In this document: positions 41,301-54,700 of the stretch, in pieces
Numbering within the stretch: the first letter of the stretch is position 1
How the letters are laid out: every line of letters begins with the position of its first letter
Assembly: GCA_030141605.1 (NCBI GenBank)
Contig: JAQGDQ010000940.1
Span: 14,923 to 78,922, forward strand
Length of the DNA: 64,000 bases
Reading direction: 5' to 3'
DNA from: Tubiluchus corallicola
Lineage: Eukaryota > Animalia > Priapulida
Notes under the pieces: model-generated
Seen by the model: the letters and a program-made list of their open reading frames with translations, nothing else
Database searches by the model: none
What the model was told of the DNA's origin: nothing
Made by a program: the position numbers and the translations under genes

Positions 41301-43117
41301 TGTAGTAAATCTACAGTAACTGTTTATAGCTGTAAAACGGTTGTGGCATATGTGCTAGTATGTAGTTCATAAACAAAATAACGTCACTTTAGCGTCCCAG
41401 GTGCCTTACCCAGAGCGAATGGAGAGCACTGGCAAAAAGGGCAACGGGGTGAAAGTTAACTCGGTGACCAACAAAAAAAACAACGGTCAAAAGTTCTTCC
41501 GGATTCTAAGAGATCGCATTTCGGTCAACCTTTTTATTCGATGGTCGGTCGGTCAGTCACACTAGTCATCCGTTTCGGGCTACATAATCGTCAGGTAATC
41601 GTCTAAAACTGTTAAATGATTTAATCACCTAATCGGTCATTTCTGGTCGACCACGATAGGGCGAGGTGCAAAAGCAATATCTTGCTCAAAGTTGCTCCTT
41701 AACTTGTAGCAACCACTTAAGGTTGAAATGTGCCTGTGGTCTCAAATAGTGTAGTGGTCGCGATATATGCACAACTATGAAGTTAAGCAAATCTCCTTTA
41801 AAGTTAGTAACTGGATGGTTTAATACCAGGGAAACTACTACCACCAGCCATTCTCTCGCCCAAAAAAGTCTTTCACTCACCCGAAGATACCTCTGCATCA
41901 CATGAGTAGGATGATTCATATTGGAGCAGTCAGGAGTAAACTTGATAATTAATTAAATCTGTTGCCGTTCGGTGCTTACCGTAGCTACTTGAACTCAGCT
42001 TGTGACACGCCAAAATGTATAAAAAATGACTCTAAGGTTTCTGAGAAAAGCGGTTTCTGTAACTGTTCCCTGGCTTAGCGAATTCCTTTAGACTCCACGC
42101 CTACGAACTTGTAACCAAACCTTGGCAATTCTAGTGTACAATCAACAAAGATTATGTGACTATGTACAGTTTCAATATCTGCAAGCAGCTGCCGTGACTC
42201 GCCCATGATTGGTACATAGAGCCTTTTCTTCACTAATGCACGCTCACATTAGATTTTCAAGATGTCTACATAGAGATTACAGAAAAATAAGTTTTCTGGA
42301 GCTAAAACACCAGTACCACTCCGAGACGTTTGATATCTCGGAAGGTTGTCTTTGATACTCAGTCACTCAGTAGACTGAACTAGATTCCGGTCCGTTTGCA
42401 ACCTCGCCACATCAGTATTAGTAGTAAGCTGTGATTGAGTGCTCCTCACCTTTTTCAGAGCACCAAACTGTGTTAAATCGGAAATATCTCTACATTAATA
42501 TAAAAATGAACACTGGAAAATTTCAACCCTTGTTAATAAAATCAGAACGTGTTGTTTTTTTAGTGTATAGGCAGTAAAAATAGGCTAAAGTTTCTTAAAA
42601 TTCTATCTCTGTGTTTAGTAAATAGACAAGTATGAAATGGGAAACATTTAAAAAAATACAAATTACTTGAATGCTGCTCTACATTAATTAATTTTTTACC
42701 TTCTGATGTAGCTGAATATAAATATGCAGTCCTACATATGATAATATGAATAATGCATAACAAGATTTAAATTTCCATTTTAGCTTAGTATAACATAACT
42801 GTAGTAAATCAATAAATTCAACACAAATTACATCAAACAAAAACATTATAAATCAAACGGCAGGCGACAGAAGTCACTTTGACCTTTTTTCTGTTGCTGT
42901 TTCAGGATGGATGCCAGGAAAAATACAGCATTGCAAAGTTCTAGCAGTTTTCCTCACACATTCCTATGGAGGAGCACTGTTTATCTGCCAGCGACTATTA
43001 TTTTTTTTAATATAAACAACACAACACTCGGCTGCTGAGTAACATCAACAAAATTAATAATATAGGTCAAACTTGACTGCAACTAGCACTAGAGGGTGCC
43101 ATTATACCACCATTGTA

Positions 43118-43667
43118 CAGGGCGTTCCAAAAGAAACAGAGAAATAAAAATGTGATAAATGAACCTGTAGTAAATAATATTGTCTATCACTGCTATGAAA
43201 TTCTCTATATCAAGAATCAGCTTTACGTAAAATCACAGAATGTCAGTTATAAATAAAATGGAAGGAGTTTACAATTCACCACACAATTTAAATATCCTAA
43301 TCCTAATGGAAACCCTAGCCCTAACCTTAACCCTAATCCAGGCCCTAACTCTAACCTTAATTCGCTTCACGAACTAATTTCCTGCGTGTGGGGAATTGTA
43401 AACTTTAGCCAACAAAATTTGTTGTAAACGATAACCTTTTGAAAACACATCTAAAGACAAAAACTAGCGACAAAAACTAGCGTGTTTTCGAAAAGTTATC
43501 GGTTATAACAACATTTTTTGTAAATATAATATTGTGGGATTTTATATAAAACTTCCTATCATAATATACCTTAACTTGGTCACATTTATTGGACTTTATA
43601 TGGTATAATATTCTTTTGCTTAAAGGAATTGGTAGTACACTGATTCATACTTTTTTTGGACACCTTG
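43118..43667. mobile_element. Tc1/mariner-type MITE
   Basis: TA-cagggcgttccaaaag ... ttttttggacaccttg-TA: imperfect TIRs with TA flanks, and an internal palindrome at ~43420-43520. Confidence 0.6.
43266..43404. mobile_element. Small inverted-repeat element with degenerate (CCCTAA)n core, nested in the MITE
   Basis: agtttacaattcaccacac / gtgtggggaattgtaaact form a 19-bp IR with 1 mismatch, flanking aaccctagccctaaccttaaccctaatcc... Confidence 0.6.
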
Positions 43668-44029
43668 TACATGTTAAAAGGGCAACCTGATACTTCTATA
43701 TATGTCACCATTACGGTCTATTAATGTAAATTTGGCAAAATGAAGAACATAAAACTATGAAAACTTCTAGGAACCATACAAGCTTGCATGTACGCCATTT
43801 TCACACACCAAATTTACAGGCACAGGAATGACATCAAGATGTTATTTCGTTAAAAATGGTTTCTAAGCAGGTTATTTGAAGAACTGACGTTTTAACTTGA
43901 GTTTTTTCTGTCTGCTAGTAATAACCATACTTACAGTTTTAATAAGATACAATATTAAGCGTTTGTCGAGTGATCATTGTCATTACCATTTATTGTCATT
44001 ATAATAATTTTTTGTTTGGCGAAAGTCAT

Positions 44030-44185
44030 AATGACGCTGATGATGATGATAAGGACGACGACGACGACGACAACGACGACAATGGTGATGATGATGATGG
44101 TGATGGTGATGATGACGATGATGATGATGACGATGATGATGACAATAATAATGATGATGATGATGTTGACGGCGATGATGATGAC
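44030..44185. repeat. (GAT/GAC)n trinucleotide microsatellite
   Basis: Direct reading; gives spurious poly-Asp and poly-Met ORFs. Confidence 0.9.
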
Positions 44186-45167
44186 ACAGACGATTTTCGT
44201 GGCCTTTGAAGTTTGGCTAACGGTCGCTAATGTATTATGATAATGTATTTTTTAATAACGAAGAAACAACTAAAATTTAGGAAATTCCAGGACCACATTT
44301 TTGCGCCTACACTAAATTATGCTCTAATTATTTGATACAATTCAATTTCTGACACATAAGAACTAATGGATACCATTAACCATTGGTTAAAAAATCTATA
44401 GGCAATGATTACTGGATGAATTAGTTTCAGCAAGTTTTGTGCCCTGCGGAAAACACAGACTATGTGCCAAACTTGAACAGATGCCTGAAAGCTGAAGCCA
44501 ACTGGTTTGTGGGTTAGAGGGTGTGTATTCCACACGTCTAGTCAAATCCAAACACTAAACATGCAAATCTTTATCTCCATTCATCATGCTTGCTTCACAG
44601 AAAACGAAAATTTTGGCCGGAAATAACTATAACAACGGTTGGGTTCGACTGCACGTACCCGCCACACTCATTGACTCAATAAGGTTACCACAATAATTAA
44701 CAACAAAACTAAATTTCAGCTTTGAAACATTCACAAGCAGCTGGCCAAAAGGTTAACAAGCCGCGTGACTAAAGTTCTGGGTGAGTAGTCTATTATGTAA
44801 GCCGCAGTTGCTCAAAGTTAACTGGTTCTACCTCCGGAGGTCCTAGTGTATGAGGACTGCTGGCGACGATAAACAAATAAAGGTAAATGATCAAAAGGCA
44901 AGTGACTACTACGAATGTACAGATTTACCTGTGGTGTTTTATAATACACCTTTACCGGTTCAGCATCTCAGTTTAGCAGATTATTCACGATGACGAGATG
45001 AGTTATGATCCCACCACTACTACAGTACACTCAACATTAATAGCAGGTATACAGTTGACTGCTGGTCTCTGTACAAAGCGTTAAGTCTCTGCTTGTACGT
45101 AAAGACTGTATAGAATGTAATAATGCAACTCCAAATAACAACGGAGTACGCACTACCTGGCAGCCAA

Positions 45168-45168
45168 G

Positions 45169-45243
<75 letters not shown>
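45168..45243. repeat. (TA)n(GA)n compound microsatellite
   Basis: Direct reading. Confidence 0.95.
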
Positions 45244-45245
<2 letters not shown>

Positions 45246-46632
45246 GTGATAGACATATACGCGTACATGTCGTGTGAAGAAAAGCTGTAATACGAGATTG
45301 TTGCCTTACTGCTAGTTTTGCTATTTAAAAAAATGTTTGAATAAAGTAAAATATTTATTTATTTATACAAGTAGTAAAACTAAAGTTCAAGAATATGGAA
45401 TGAGATTGAATCTTGATTTGAACCAAAGATCTTTGGATCCAGTGCCATGACCACTCGACGCTACGGCTTTGATCAAGGCAGCTTTTATTCCACTCACAGA
45501 TAGTGCTGTGAGTTTTGATTACACTACTCTGACTACAAGGTGCTGTGTGGTGCAGTGAGTCGCGGCGTTACACTCAGTTCTCTCTTAATATCCAAATTCC
45601 GTTGCACTGTTACCTAACCTAGCCAAGAGACTGGAGCCAAGGAAATGCAGCTTACAAACAGTAAATTGTTCCTGCATGTTGTTACAGCTTACAGTCCAAA
45701 TAAATTCCAAAGCTGTTATGCAAAGTTACATAATAACAAATCACTGTTACCCCGGCTAATATGCAGTTAGGCATGTTTGTGTCATATGCCTTGTAAGAAG
45801 GAGGGAAACAAAGATGTCAATTCAGATAAATGAGGACGTCCAGCGACAAAGAAATCTTTTATAATTGCATGAGTGGAGCGGCTGGAGCCACTCGTCACCT
45901 TCATTACACACAGATGGAGCTACACGTCACCTTCATTACACACAGATTTAAAATATCCTGACCTTACTCAAAACTGGTCCCCAGGTTTACAGGGAATTTT
46001 AACATCCCTTTCGCATTGTAACTAGTAATAATAATGTCTGTACTCTATACTATAGCAGCGGCTTTCTACAACACAGTAACAAAATTATTACCACATGAAG
46101 GCGTGTCAAAACTAAACTGTGAATCAGTGTGATTGCAAACTTTCAAAATGGAATTACCATTGTAAGATAAGAATCTATCTTTAAGCGGGTACACTGTACC
46201 ACTTAAGTTATGCTTGTCTAAATTTACTGTAGTTTAATTTACTCCCTGTAAAACTTACACCCTTGGAGTTCGGAGTGGAAGCAATTATGAGAAGATTGCA
46301 CGGCTTGTTTTTGCCTCACAAACAGAATACTAAATCAGAATGCTTTACAAACAAAAACTTGATGAGGAAAACGGCTGTTTTATTGTTTTATTTACGAGGG
46401 CGTGAATCACTAGTGCGCGCGATTCGTTAAAGCGTGAACATTTTAAAAGTTTCTTCGAAACAGTAAGAACTAAACTTCCGACGAGTGATAATAAAAATTG
46501 TAATAGTGCCGGGATTTTAAGGGAGCAATAGGGGCATAGCAATAATCATGTAGAGTATTATTAGGCCGGTAAATAAATTGGAGTTATAGGGTAAATATTG
46601 CTATTGGTAACTATGTCATCATGTTTTCTCAC

Positions 46633-46933
46633 CAGGGCGGATTTACATACTTGTAGGACCAAAGCCAAACTTACGAGTGGGCCCGAAATTTATAGAAATG
46701 TTGGCACGTTTCAGTATCCAATAAGTATAGGCCACTAGGGCCTATTCGCCGGGCTCTACACTTATTGCACAGGAGCCCTTAAGGTTTTGAATATAAATAA
46801 ACACCCGGTGTACATTTGAAACAAAGTTATATGGTGCTGACAAGCTGCACGCGAAATCAATTTCAGTGACCCCCTCAGGTACCGGTGGGCCCTAGGTAAG
46901 GGCCTACTATGCCTACTGGTAAATCAAGCCCTG
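46633..46933. mobile_element. hAT-like MITE
   Basis: TIRs cagggcggatttac / gtaaatcaagccctg; flanks tttctcac / cttctcat (6/8, degenerate 8-bp TSD); internal gggccc motifs. Confidence 0.65.
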
Positions 46934-46987
46934 CTTCTCATAATCATTTTAGGCCTATAATTATTTTTAATTATTATTGCTGTTGTT

Positions 46988-47024
46988 ATCATCATCATCA
47001 TCATCATCATGATCATTATCATCA

Positions 47025-47055
<31 letters not shown>
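46988..47055. repeat. (CAT)n microsatellite
   Basis: Direct reading. Confidence 0.9.
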
Positions 47056-47537
47056 CCATTATTATTATTTTATTTGTGTGCAGAGTATTTTGTATGTAAC
47101 TGTGATTTCCACAGTAAGGGTGGATAATTTGATTAGATCTGTAACTAAGTAGATCCCTAATTGTTCAGCACATAGTGAAAATAGGTTTCTGTCACAATCA
47201 TGCTTTAAATACAGCCAATTTCCCGAAAATCATAAATTCATTTTATAACAACAAACAGTGCCATAAAAGTTTTAATGAAAATATGAAGCATAGTGTGCAC
47301 CGTTACATGAGCCGCTCAGTCAACGCCATATACGTAGCCTACTTATTGCACACGTAACAAAACGCCGGAAGAAAATAAAATAGCTAAAACCAATAAAAAA
47401 TTCCAACTAAAAATGTTGCTACGTATAAAAATTGCTTTTCTCACATGTCCGAGTTCAGTTTTGCTAATTTTGTCAATTCGTGGGGCGCCTCTAAAGAATC
47501 CCATCACGGCTAATGAGCCAAGCTGTACTACCATGCG

Positions 47538-47540
<3 letters not shown>

Positions 47541-47610
<70 letters not shown>

Positions 47611-47655
47611 ACTCACTCACGCTCTCTCTCTCTCTCTCTCTCACTCACTCACTCA

Positions 47656-47694
<39 letters not shown>
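47541..47694. repeat. (CT)n microsatellite with (CACT)n interruptions
   Basis: Direct reading. Confidence 0.95.
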
Positions 47695-47697
<3 letters not shown>

Positions 47698-48879
47698 ATG
47701 AATTGCTGCGAGGTAATTACCATAGTCACCGAGTTAACTGGCTGTTAAGGGTAAAAAAGAAATTTGCTTGTGAAACATGCCAGATGTTTATCCTATACGC
47801 TTTATAGCTAACCTGCTGACCTAGAATTATGTTCTGCTGCCATGAGTCAACTCCCAAACAACAAAATTTTACTTGTAGGTTTTGTGTTTATAAAACTGCG
47901 AGGAAACTAGAAATAATATCAGCAGAGATACACCGGACTAGCTGTATGGTTGGTGGGGCGGCTGACTGATGGATCACATTGCAGCTAATACTGCATCTAT
48001 AAATAACCAACGCCTCTCTGCTACATCTAAATATTGGAAAAGCCAAATCACTGAAACCAGTCAGCTGCCCCACGGTGAAGCGCGAAAGCACTTGCATGAT
48101 GGATCAGACAGTTTAGAACGAAAAAAACCTTAACAAGTGTCTATAAAGATACGAAATCAGCCTCCGACATATGTGTGCATGCAATCGGGTGTGCACGCGC
48201 GTGCTCGTTAACCGGCAGAATTTTCCCGATTTTCATTTCTGGGATCAATTATTTTCGTTGAGCGCACGAGCGCGCATTATTGGCGGTCATTTTGTGGAAA
48301 GTGTCGGTAAATAAATTAGGTTCTCATAGTACACAATTTTTCATATTAAACTGTTGGCCTAACTAATACAGTACCTTACAAAAACTGTGAGAAAAAATGT
48401 TTAATACATAGTTTAACCGCTGTCAAAATAAAAAGCAGAAAAAGTACATTACTACAGAAAAACGGTGCAGACTTTTAGTAATCAATGTGAGATTACGTAG
48501 TTATTATATAGGTATGAGACCGTATAGCTGTTCTACAATGTGCTGTTCACTTTTGCTGCGCACTCGTTCTTGTATTTGAAAGTATAACATACTCTACGTA
48601 ATGCAAATGAGCGGTAACAGTAAATCTCATTATTGAGACAAAACTGTATAGCTTCTTTAAAGAACAAAAAAGAATTTAAGTTTCCTATTGCAATTAAAAA
48701 AATACGTAGGCAGCAATAAATCAGCGTGCTATATACATAAATGCATGCATGCTCTTGCTGAAGGCTATTCTCATGAATTACGCAGTTGCATCTTGGGTAG
48801 CAAGTGTGCTCAACGCCAAAAATCAACTTTACACAAGTAATAAAATAAAAAAGAAATTATTAATGGTAGTAGGACCAGA

Positions 48880-49580
48880 CAGCTTGTTTGCAAAACATTC
48901 ATTTATATGCTAGTTACGTAGTATCCGTGTTACTAAGTTTTTTATTCTCGGTTTGTGTCACCCACGCTTTCTTGCCTGACCGCATGATGTGTGTTCTTGT
49001 TCCTTTGGTAAAAGATAAAAACAGGAGCTTAACTACCACCAATAATTGTGCCTTCAACTATATCAAGTAAGCTTCTAGAAATATCTTTGCTGAAACGATG
49101 TGGAAAGTTTTTTCCGGCCACTCACTCATAATTTAGCTAAAAGAAAAATCATGGCACAGATATGTGCATATACATTCTTAAAGAAATAATAAACTTATAT
49201 AAATCTAGAAACAACTGTACACACATGTTCTATGGATGCCTCAAAGGCGTTCGATCTTGAGTTTTTCCCAATTATTTGGTAAATTCATCACAACTGTTCA
49301 AATGCCTGTCATTGTTGTAAGGATACTATATTATTGGTATATAAAACAGCCTATGGCTGGGAGATGGTGTGAACTTATCTCACCATTCTTTAGGGTATCA
49401 AATGGGCTCAGGCAAGGAAGTATTCTCTCCCCAAAACTTTGTAACAGTTATTTTTATGAAGTGAGAGTAAATTTAACTAGTTCTATAATAGGATGCACTG
49501 TAGGAAGTATTTATTGCAATCACCTGTTCTATGCAGATGACGTATGTCTGTTGGCTCCGCCACTTCAGGTCTTTAGCAGC
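48880..49580 (+). mobile_element. Non-LTR retrotransposon RT fragment (decayed)
   Basis: LVPLVKDK, HGTDMCIY, DASKAFD, VSNGLRQGSILSP and NHLFYADD..LLAP occur across frameshifted frames. Confidence 0.85.
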
Positions 49581-51778
49581 TTATCAATGTTTATGGTGAT
49601 CTTGTATGAGACACACTTAGAAAGACCAGATAAAGTCATAAAACCACATGAACATTTTAGCTTAACCGACAATAAAATTTAGTAGGATTAATAATTCAAT
49701 ATTAGATTGAAAGAATGTTGCTCTCTGTCGACAAAAAATTCGGCTCATAAATAACAGTCTGCTGCCTGCTATTTTTATGCAATCAAATTATGAAAAGCTT
49801 AAAAACTATTTTAATCTCTTTTATTAATAAACTTATACCCGGATAAGTTACTAAAAGCATATTTCGTTAAAACTTCTAGTACATGCAACAGACTATTTTA
49901 GTTTTTAGGACCACATCGGAAAAAAACAAGTGCAATTATAAAATACCAGCTTCACTTTAGCACTTACCAAGTGACAACCAGCTGGTCGCTAATATAATAA
50001 CGAAGCTCTTCATTGTGGTAATTATGCACTGAACTTTATAAGCACAAGGAAGAAATAACTAGAACAAATCAGCTTGCTCAACTGTTAACTATAATAACGT
50101 GAGAACCGAGTAGCTAATGTTTATGCATAAGGAAGGCGCGCTCTCCGGAAGCTTATTGCCAGTAACGCCAGAAGCCACATGTTCTGGTCTCTTCTGGCGC
50201 CTCCTAGCTTACAAAATTAGGCGAACTAACTCCCAAGCTGTCAGGTTCCCACTTACCCTGCACCAAGCAACTGACACGTTGAACAGAAACGTTTAATAGC
50301 CCACCTATAGTTATGATTTCACGTTAGTAGAATACAAACAGTTTCCATATAAAATAATAGTCATGTCGTTAAGTGCTAATTACCACAAAGCAAAAAATAC
50401 GATTTGAATATTGCAATGCGTAAGAGGAGAGTTACCGTAAACGAAGCGTGCTGCCATGCCATAAAACAGTGTGTTCATGACAATATAGTCAGTCCACTAT
50501 GGTTTTTGCTGTGACCTTAAAAACTATGAGATCAGTCTTTATATATCAAACCACACAAGTAATAGTGTAATTAAAGCAATCTATATAAAGTAACATATAT
50601 TAAACTAGTTGTTCAGGTTCAAGGGGTTCACGGTATATACAGCGCGATAATAAAGGGCTGCAAGAAAAAGTTCAAGTAGAGTGAAAAAATAGAAAAAATC
50701 CAGAAATAGGCAATTAGCAAAATCTTACGGCTAATTGGCATGTAATGGGTGGTAATGGGAAGCAAATTACGTTCAATAGGGGAGACAAATTTCACGTGAA
50801 GAATTCCACCCCCAAACGAAGAAAAAAGTTGAAGGTATAAGCATTTAGAAATAGTCGAAACCATAAGTATCTAGGAACGCCCGGGCAAGATGTATATACC
50901 CCCATAAGAAAAAGCTGTTTATATCCAGATTAAAAAAGAGATCGAGAATTTTTTTGACAGAAACGTGTAAGCGGTTTTTAAAGCAAAGCCGGACCCATCA
51001 AGCTGTAAGTGAAAACAATCTACTCTTTAAAATATTGAAAGGCAACACACAATTTTTTTTCAAAAAATGACTTACATGAAAGAATTATTACCACGCAAAC
51101 ACAATCTCGCGTTCGCGCCACTAGTTCTTCGCTGTTACATGCTTTTCGCCATTCGATAGTTAGACTGGCACTGGCGCCTGCATTTCGGAAAGCGTTGCAC
51201 GAAAAACAGGTGCTGTACAGCTCAGTTCAGATGTGTTAGTTTGTAACGAACTGCACATATTCGGCAGCTTATGCGTGAGCACAGTGGTAAATTTTAAATT
51301 TGAATTTCAATCTTAAAACTGCCTAGTTTTATTACAACACCCTAAATGTCTTACAGTAGCACTGTATTTCAATTTTCGTTTTCGCAAGCATGCGCAACAC
51401 GCTCGTGGAATATTTTTGATGTTGAAAATCATGTTAGTTTGTGATGCCATCAATAGTTATGCACGCCCGCAGTTAATTAAGTTTTTAATCTATTATTCAT
51501 TTATCAAAAACGCTCTTGCAATATTGATTGTGTTAAAATGTATACTTTTTATCTGACTTGAAAATAGGGTAGTATATGACAAATCATCCTGTCTTCGTTT
51601 AACTCGTACGTAATTGTATTTCCGCAGTTTCATTTTTTTGTAAACAATGTATATGTGTTTTCCTTACATATCTAACATGTTACTCTTATAATAAGATTAT
51701 GGTAATAGGTTAAATGAAAATCAGTGCAAAGTGGAATTATGACAAAGCAACGATGCGCAGCGGCAGAATACCCTAGCG

Positions 51779-54700
51779 TTAGTAAGTAAAAAAATTATTT
51801 GTCTCTGAATGTTACAAAATAAACATAAACAAAAGGTAAAAACTAAAATAAAGACGGAGAAGAGACGGGGTGGCGAAAAGACCACCAAGGGTCACCAAGT
51901 CAACCACCCCTATCCAAACTGAAGAAAATTAAGTGACCTGTGAAGTAGGCCTAAGGTATAAACCAGGGGTGTGCAATGTATCTGACTAGCCGGGCCACAT
52001 TAAACATTCCCGCAATTCCTGTGGGCCACATGCAGTTTGGTCAAGGAGCCAAGTACAATAGGACCTAATAACGATTTTTTTTGCATCCGATTTGCGCACA
52101 TCATTACTACTGCACTACAACACTCAGGAAACTATTTTAGAAGTTATTAAAATTTATATTAAAAACCATATATTTCTACTTTCACGACAGACAGTGGTAA
52201 TTTCATCACAATGCATGTTAGTATTGTGTATCATAGTCTGTGTAGTACAGAGCATATTAATCTGTTTTGACTCGCTGTTCTTCTTCAATCTTCCTCTTTT
52301 TCTTATCCATGATTCTGATCTATAAGAACACTACATCTGACGAAACGATGAAATAGCCACTGATTGAAGCGCGTACTACTGAGCCTAAGCTGAAACTAAA
52401 ATCTGGGAATTCCCCTATATCAGGGGTGACCACACTTTTTCAGCTTGCTGGCTACTTACAAATTGGTCTGCCCAGTTGTCTTCTTGGCCATAGTAGGTAG
52501 ATGATTTTGACTTGGTTATTTTATAATTTTATTTATAACTTATTTATTTATAATTTCTTTTGTAAAATACCCGCTACCAATCAAATACCAGTCAAAATGT
52601 TCTACCTGCTATGACCAAGAAGACGACTGGACAAATCAACAGGCCCGATAATAGAAGCCTAGAGATTGGCTAATTGGTCTTCCTGCCAGCGAATTAGATT
52701 GTTTTTCACATTTCTTGCACATTTGAGCGTTTGAATGGCGGCTGCCGTGGTGGTTTGCTCTGTTCTGTGATTAGTCTCTTTTTTGTGTACCAAGTGAGTA
52801 GCGTTAAATTTCGTCATGTACGACAGTGACATTAAGTGACAACCGTCTTGTAATGTTTAATGCCATCCGATCTAGAGGAAAAAACTACCCGCACTATCTT
52901 TGCGATAGTGGCGCGGACTTCAGCTGGATCGCTTGGGCCGCATTTTCATTACGTTGCAAACCTGTTCGCGGGCCGCACAAGATCTCTCGGCGGGCCACGG
53001 GCCACAGTTTGCACACCCCTGGTATAAACAAATGAAAATACTCAGCAACTTAATAAAATAAAAATAAATGAGGCAACAATTTCAAATGAGTTTGAATTTA
53101 GAAACAGTAAATAAGTTTGGCTATGAGAAGAGGGAAAATTTAAGTTAGCAAACAAAACGAAAAATTTAAACTCATCAAAAACAAAACTAATAATTACATA
53201 TAAATCAAGAACTTAACCCAACATAAGAAGCAAAAAATGAAGTAATGTCAAGTCATGAGTAAATCGAAATTATATAAACCTGACAAGTACAGACAAGGAA
53301 AATTATAATAATCAACATATAAAAAATAAAAAGAAAAAAATAAAGATGAATAACTAGGGAGATATTAGTATAATGAATTCAGATGAGTTTATAATTAAGG
53401 GGCAACATAAATCAATGAATAGCAAATGGTATGAAACAATATAAAAAAAAGTAAAGCAATATCGAAGTACATACATTGCAGATACATTGAACAAATTATA
53501 GCTCTAGTAAAAATAATGAAAGTGGGTCAGCGATAAGCAATAAGAATAATGCTGAATCTTTTTTTCTAGACTATGTGAATATTCAGTAAAATAGATGTCG
53601 AACCGAAAGATAACTAAGAGATAAAGTTGAAACTAAGAATACAATTTTTTCCTAAATCCATTAATTAACTGAATAGTTGCCGATTAAATAGAGGCGAAAT
53701 TTTTTAACTGCAGTGTGCAATGTTTGGCAAGCTAAAATTTCATGAGGGAGACTGTTAAAAAGTTTGACACCATTATGGTTATGTACCTGGCAAAGTAGAG
53801 AGTTCAAGCCATATTGAGTCTTGTACCTATTTTGAAAGTAGAAACCTTTTTTGAGGATCTCGTGGCGTATGAATGGACTTCGTTTATTTTTAAAAAATAG
53901 TTCTTATATGTACCTGGCAAAGTGCCTGTTTTGTACTTGTACATAAACTTAAAAGAGTTCCAAACTATATATATCGCAAACTTTTAGTATAGCTAACTGT
54001 TTATACGAAGGTGTAGCATGTGCTTTTTAATGAGAGAATGTAAGTAATTTAACAATTTTGTTTTGTAAGGTGGTAAGTGGTTGTAGTATATATTGCTTAG
54101 TTTTTCCCCAGCACAACACACAGTACTGTAAGTATGGATACACTAAAGCATAATATATCATTATGAGGATTGGCATATTAATAAAGTAACGTAGTTTTGC
54201 AAATATACCTGCAGCAATTTCTCATTTTGTAATATGTGCCTTCCAGTTAGCATGTACTTGGTTTTTCTTAAATTTACTAACAGGCTGTTGGCTAACATCC
54301 AATTATTGACTTTTAGTAATTCAGAATTAGTTTCATTTTGGAGAGACTGTAAATTGGTGTCTGATAGAAAGAAACATGTGTCGTCGGCGAAGAGTCGAGT
54401 GTTTAAGTTAGAACAAAGAGGCAAGTCGTTAATGTAGATGAGGAAGAACAGAGGGCCAAGAACAGACCCCTGTGGAATGCCACATGTCACTGGAAGTTGA
54501 CTTGAGTGGGTTTGCTGCACACAAGTGAACTGCTGGCAATTGTCAAGGTATGATTTGATGAGACTCAGGGCTGTACCTCTTATGCCATAGTTTTGTAATT
54601 TCTCAAGTAAGATATGGTGCTGAACTGTGTCGAAGGCTTTCGAAAGGTCTGAAAACATAGCACAGGTGACAGAGTTTTTGTACAGGCAGTGCAGTAAGTT

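Noticed and set aside
43970-47748. ORFs with poly-D/M, poly-H/S and (SL)n/(ER)n
   Set aside because: Translations of microsatellites.
51076-51200. Candidate first (signal-peptide) exon of the Ig gene ending ...CVCVVIILS at a gtaagt donor
   Set aside because: No in-frame ATG before an upstream stop. Another candidate at ~32036-32090 also contains stops, so the first exon remains unassigned.
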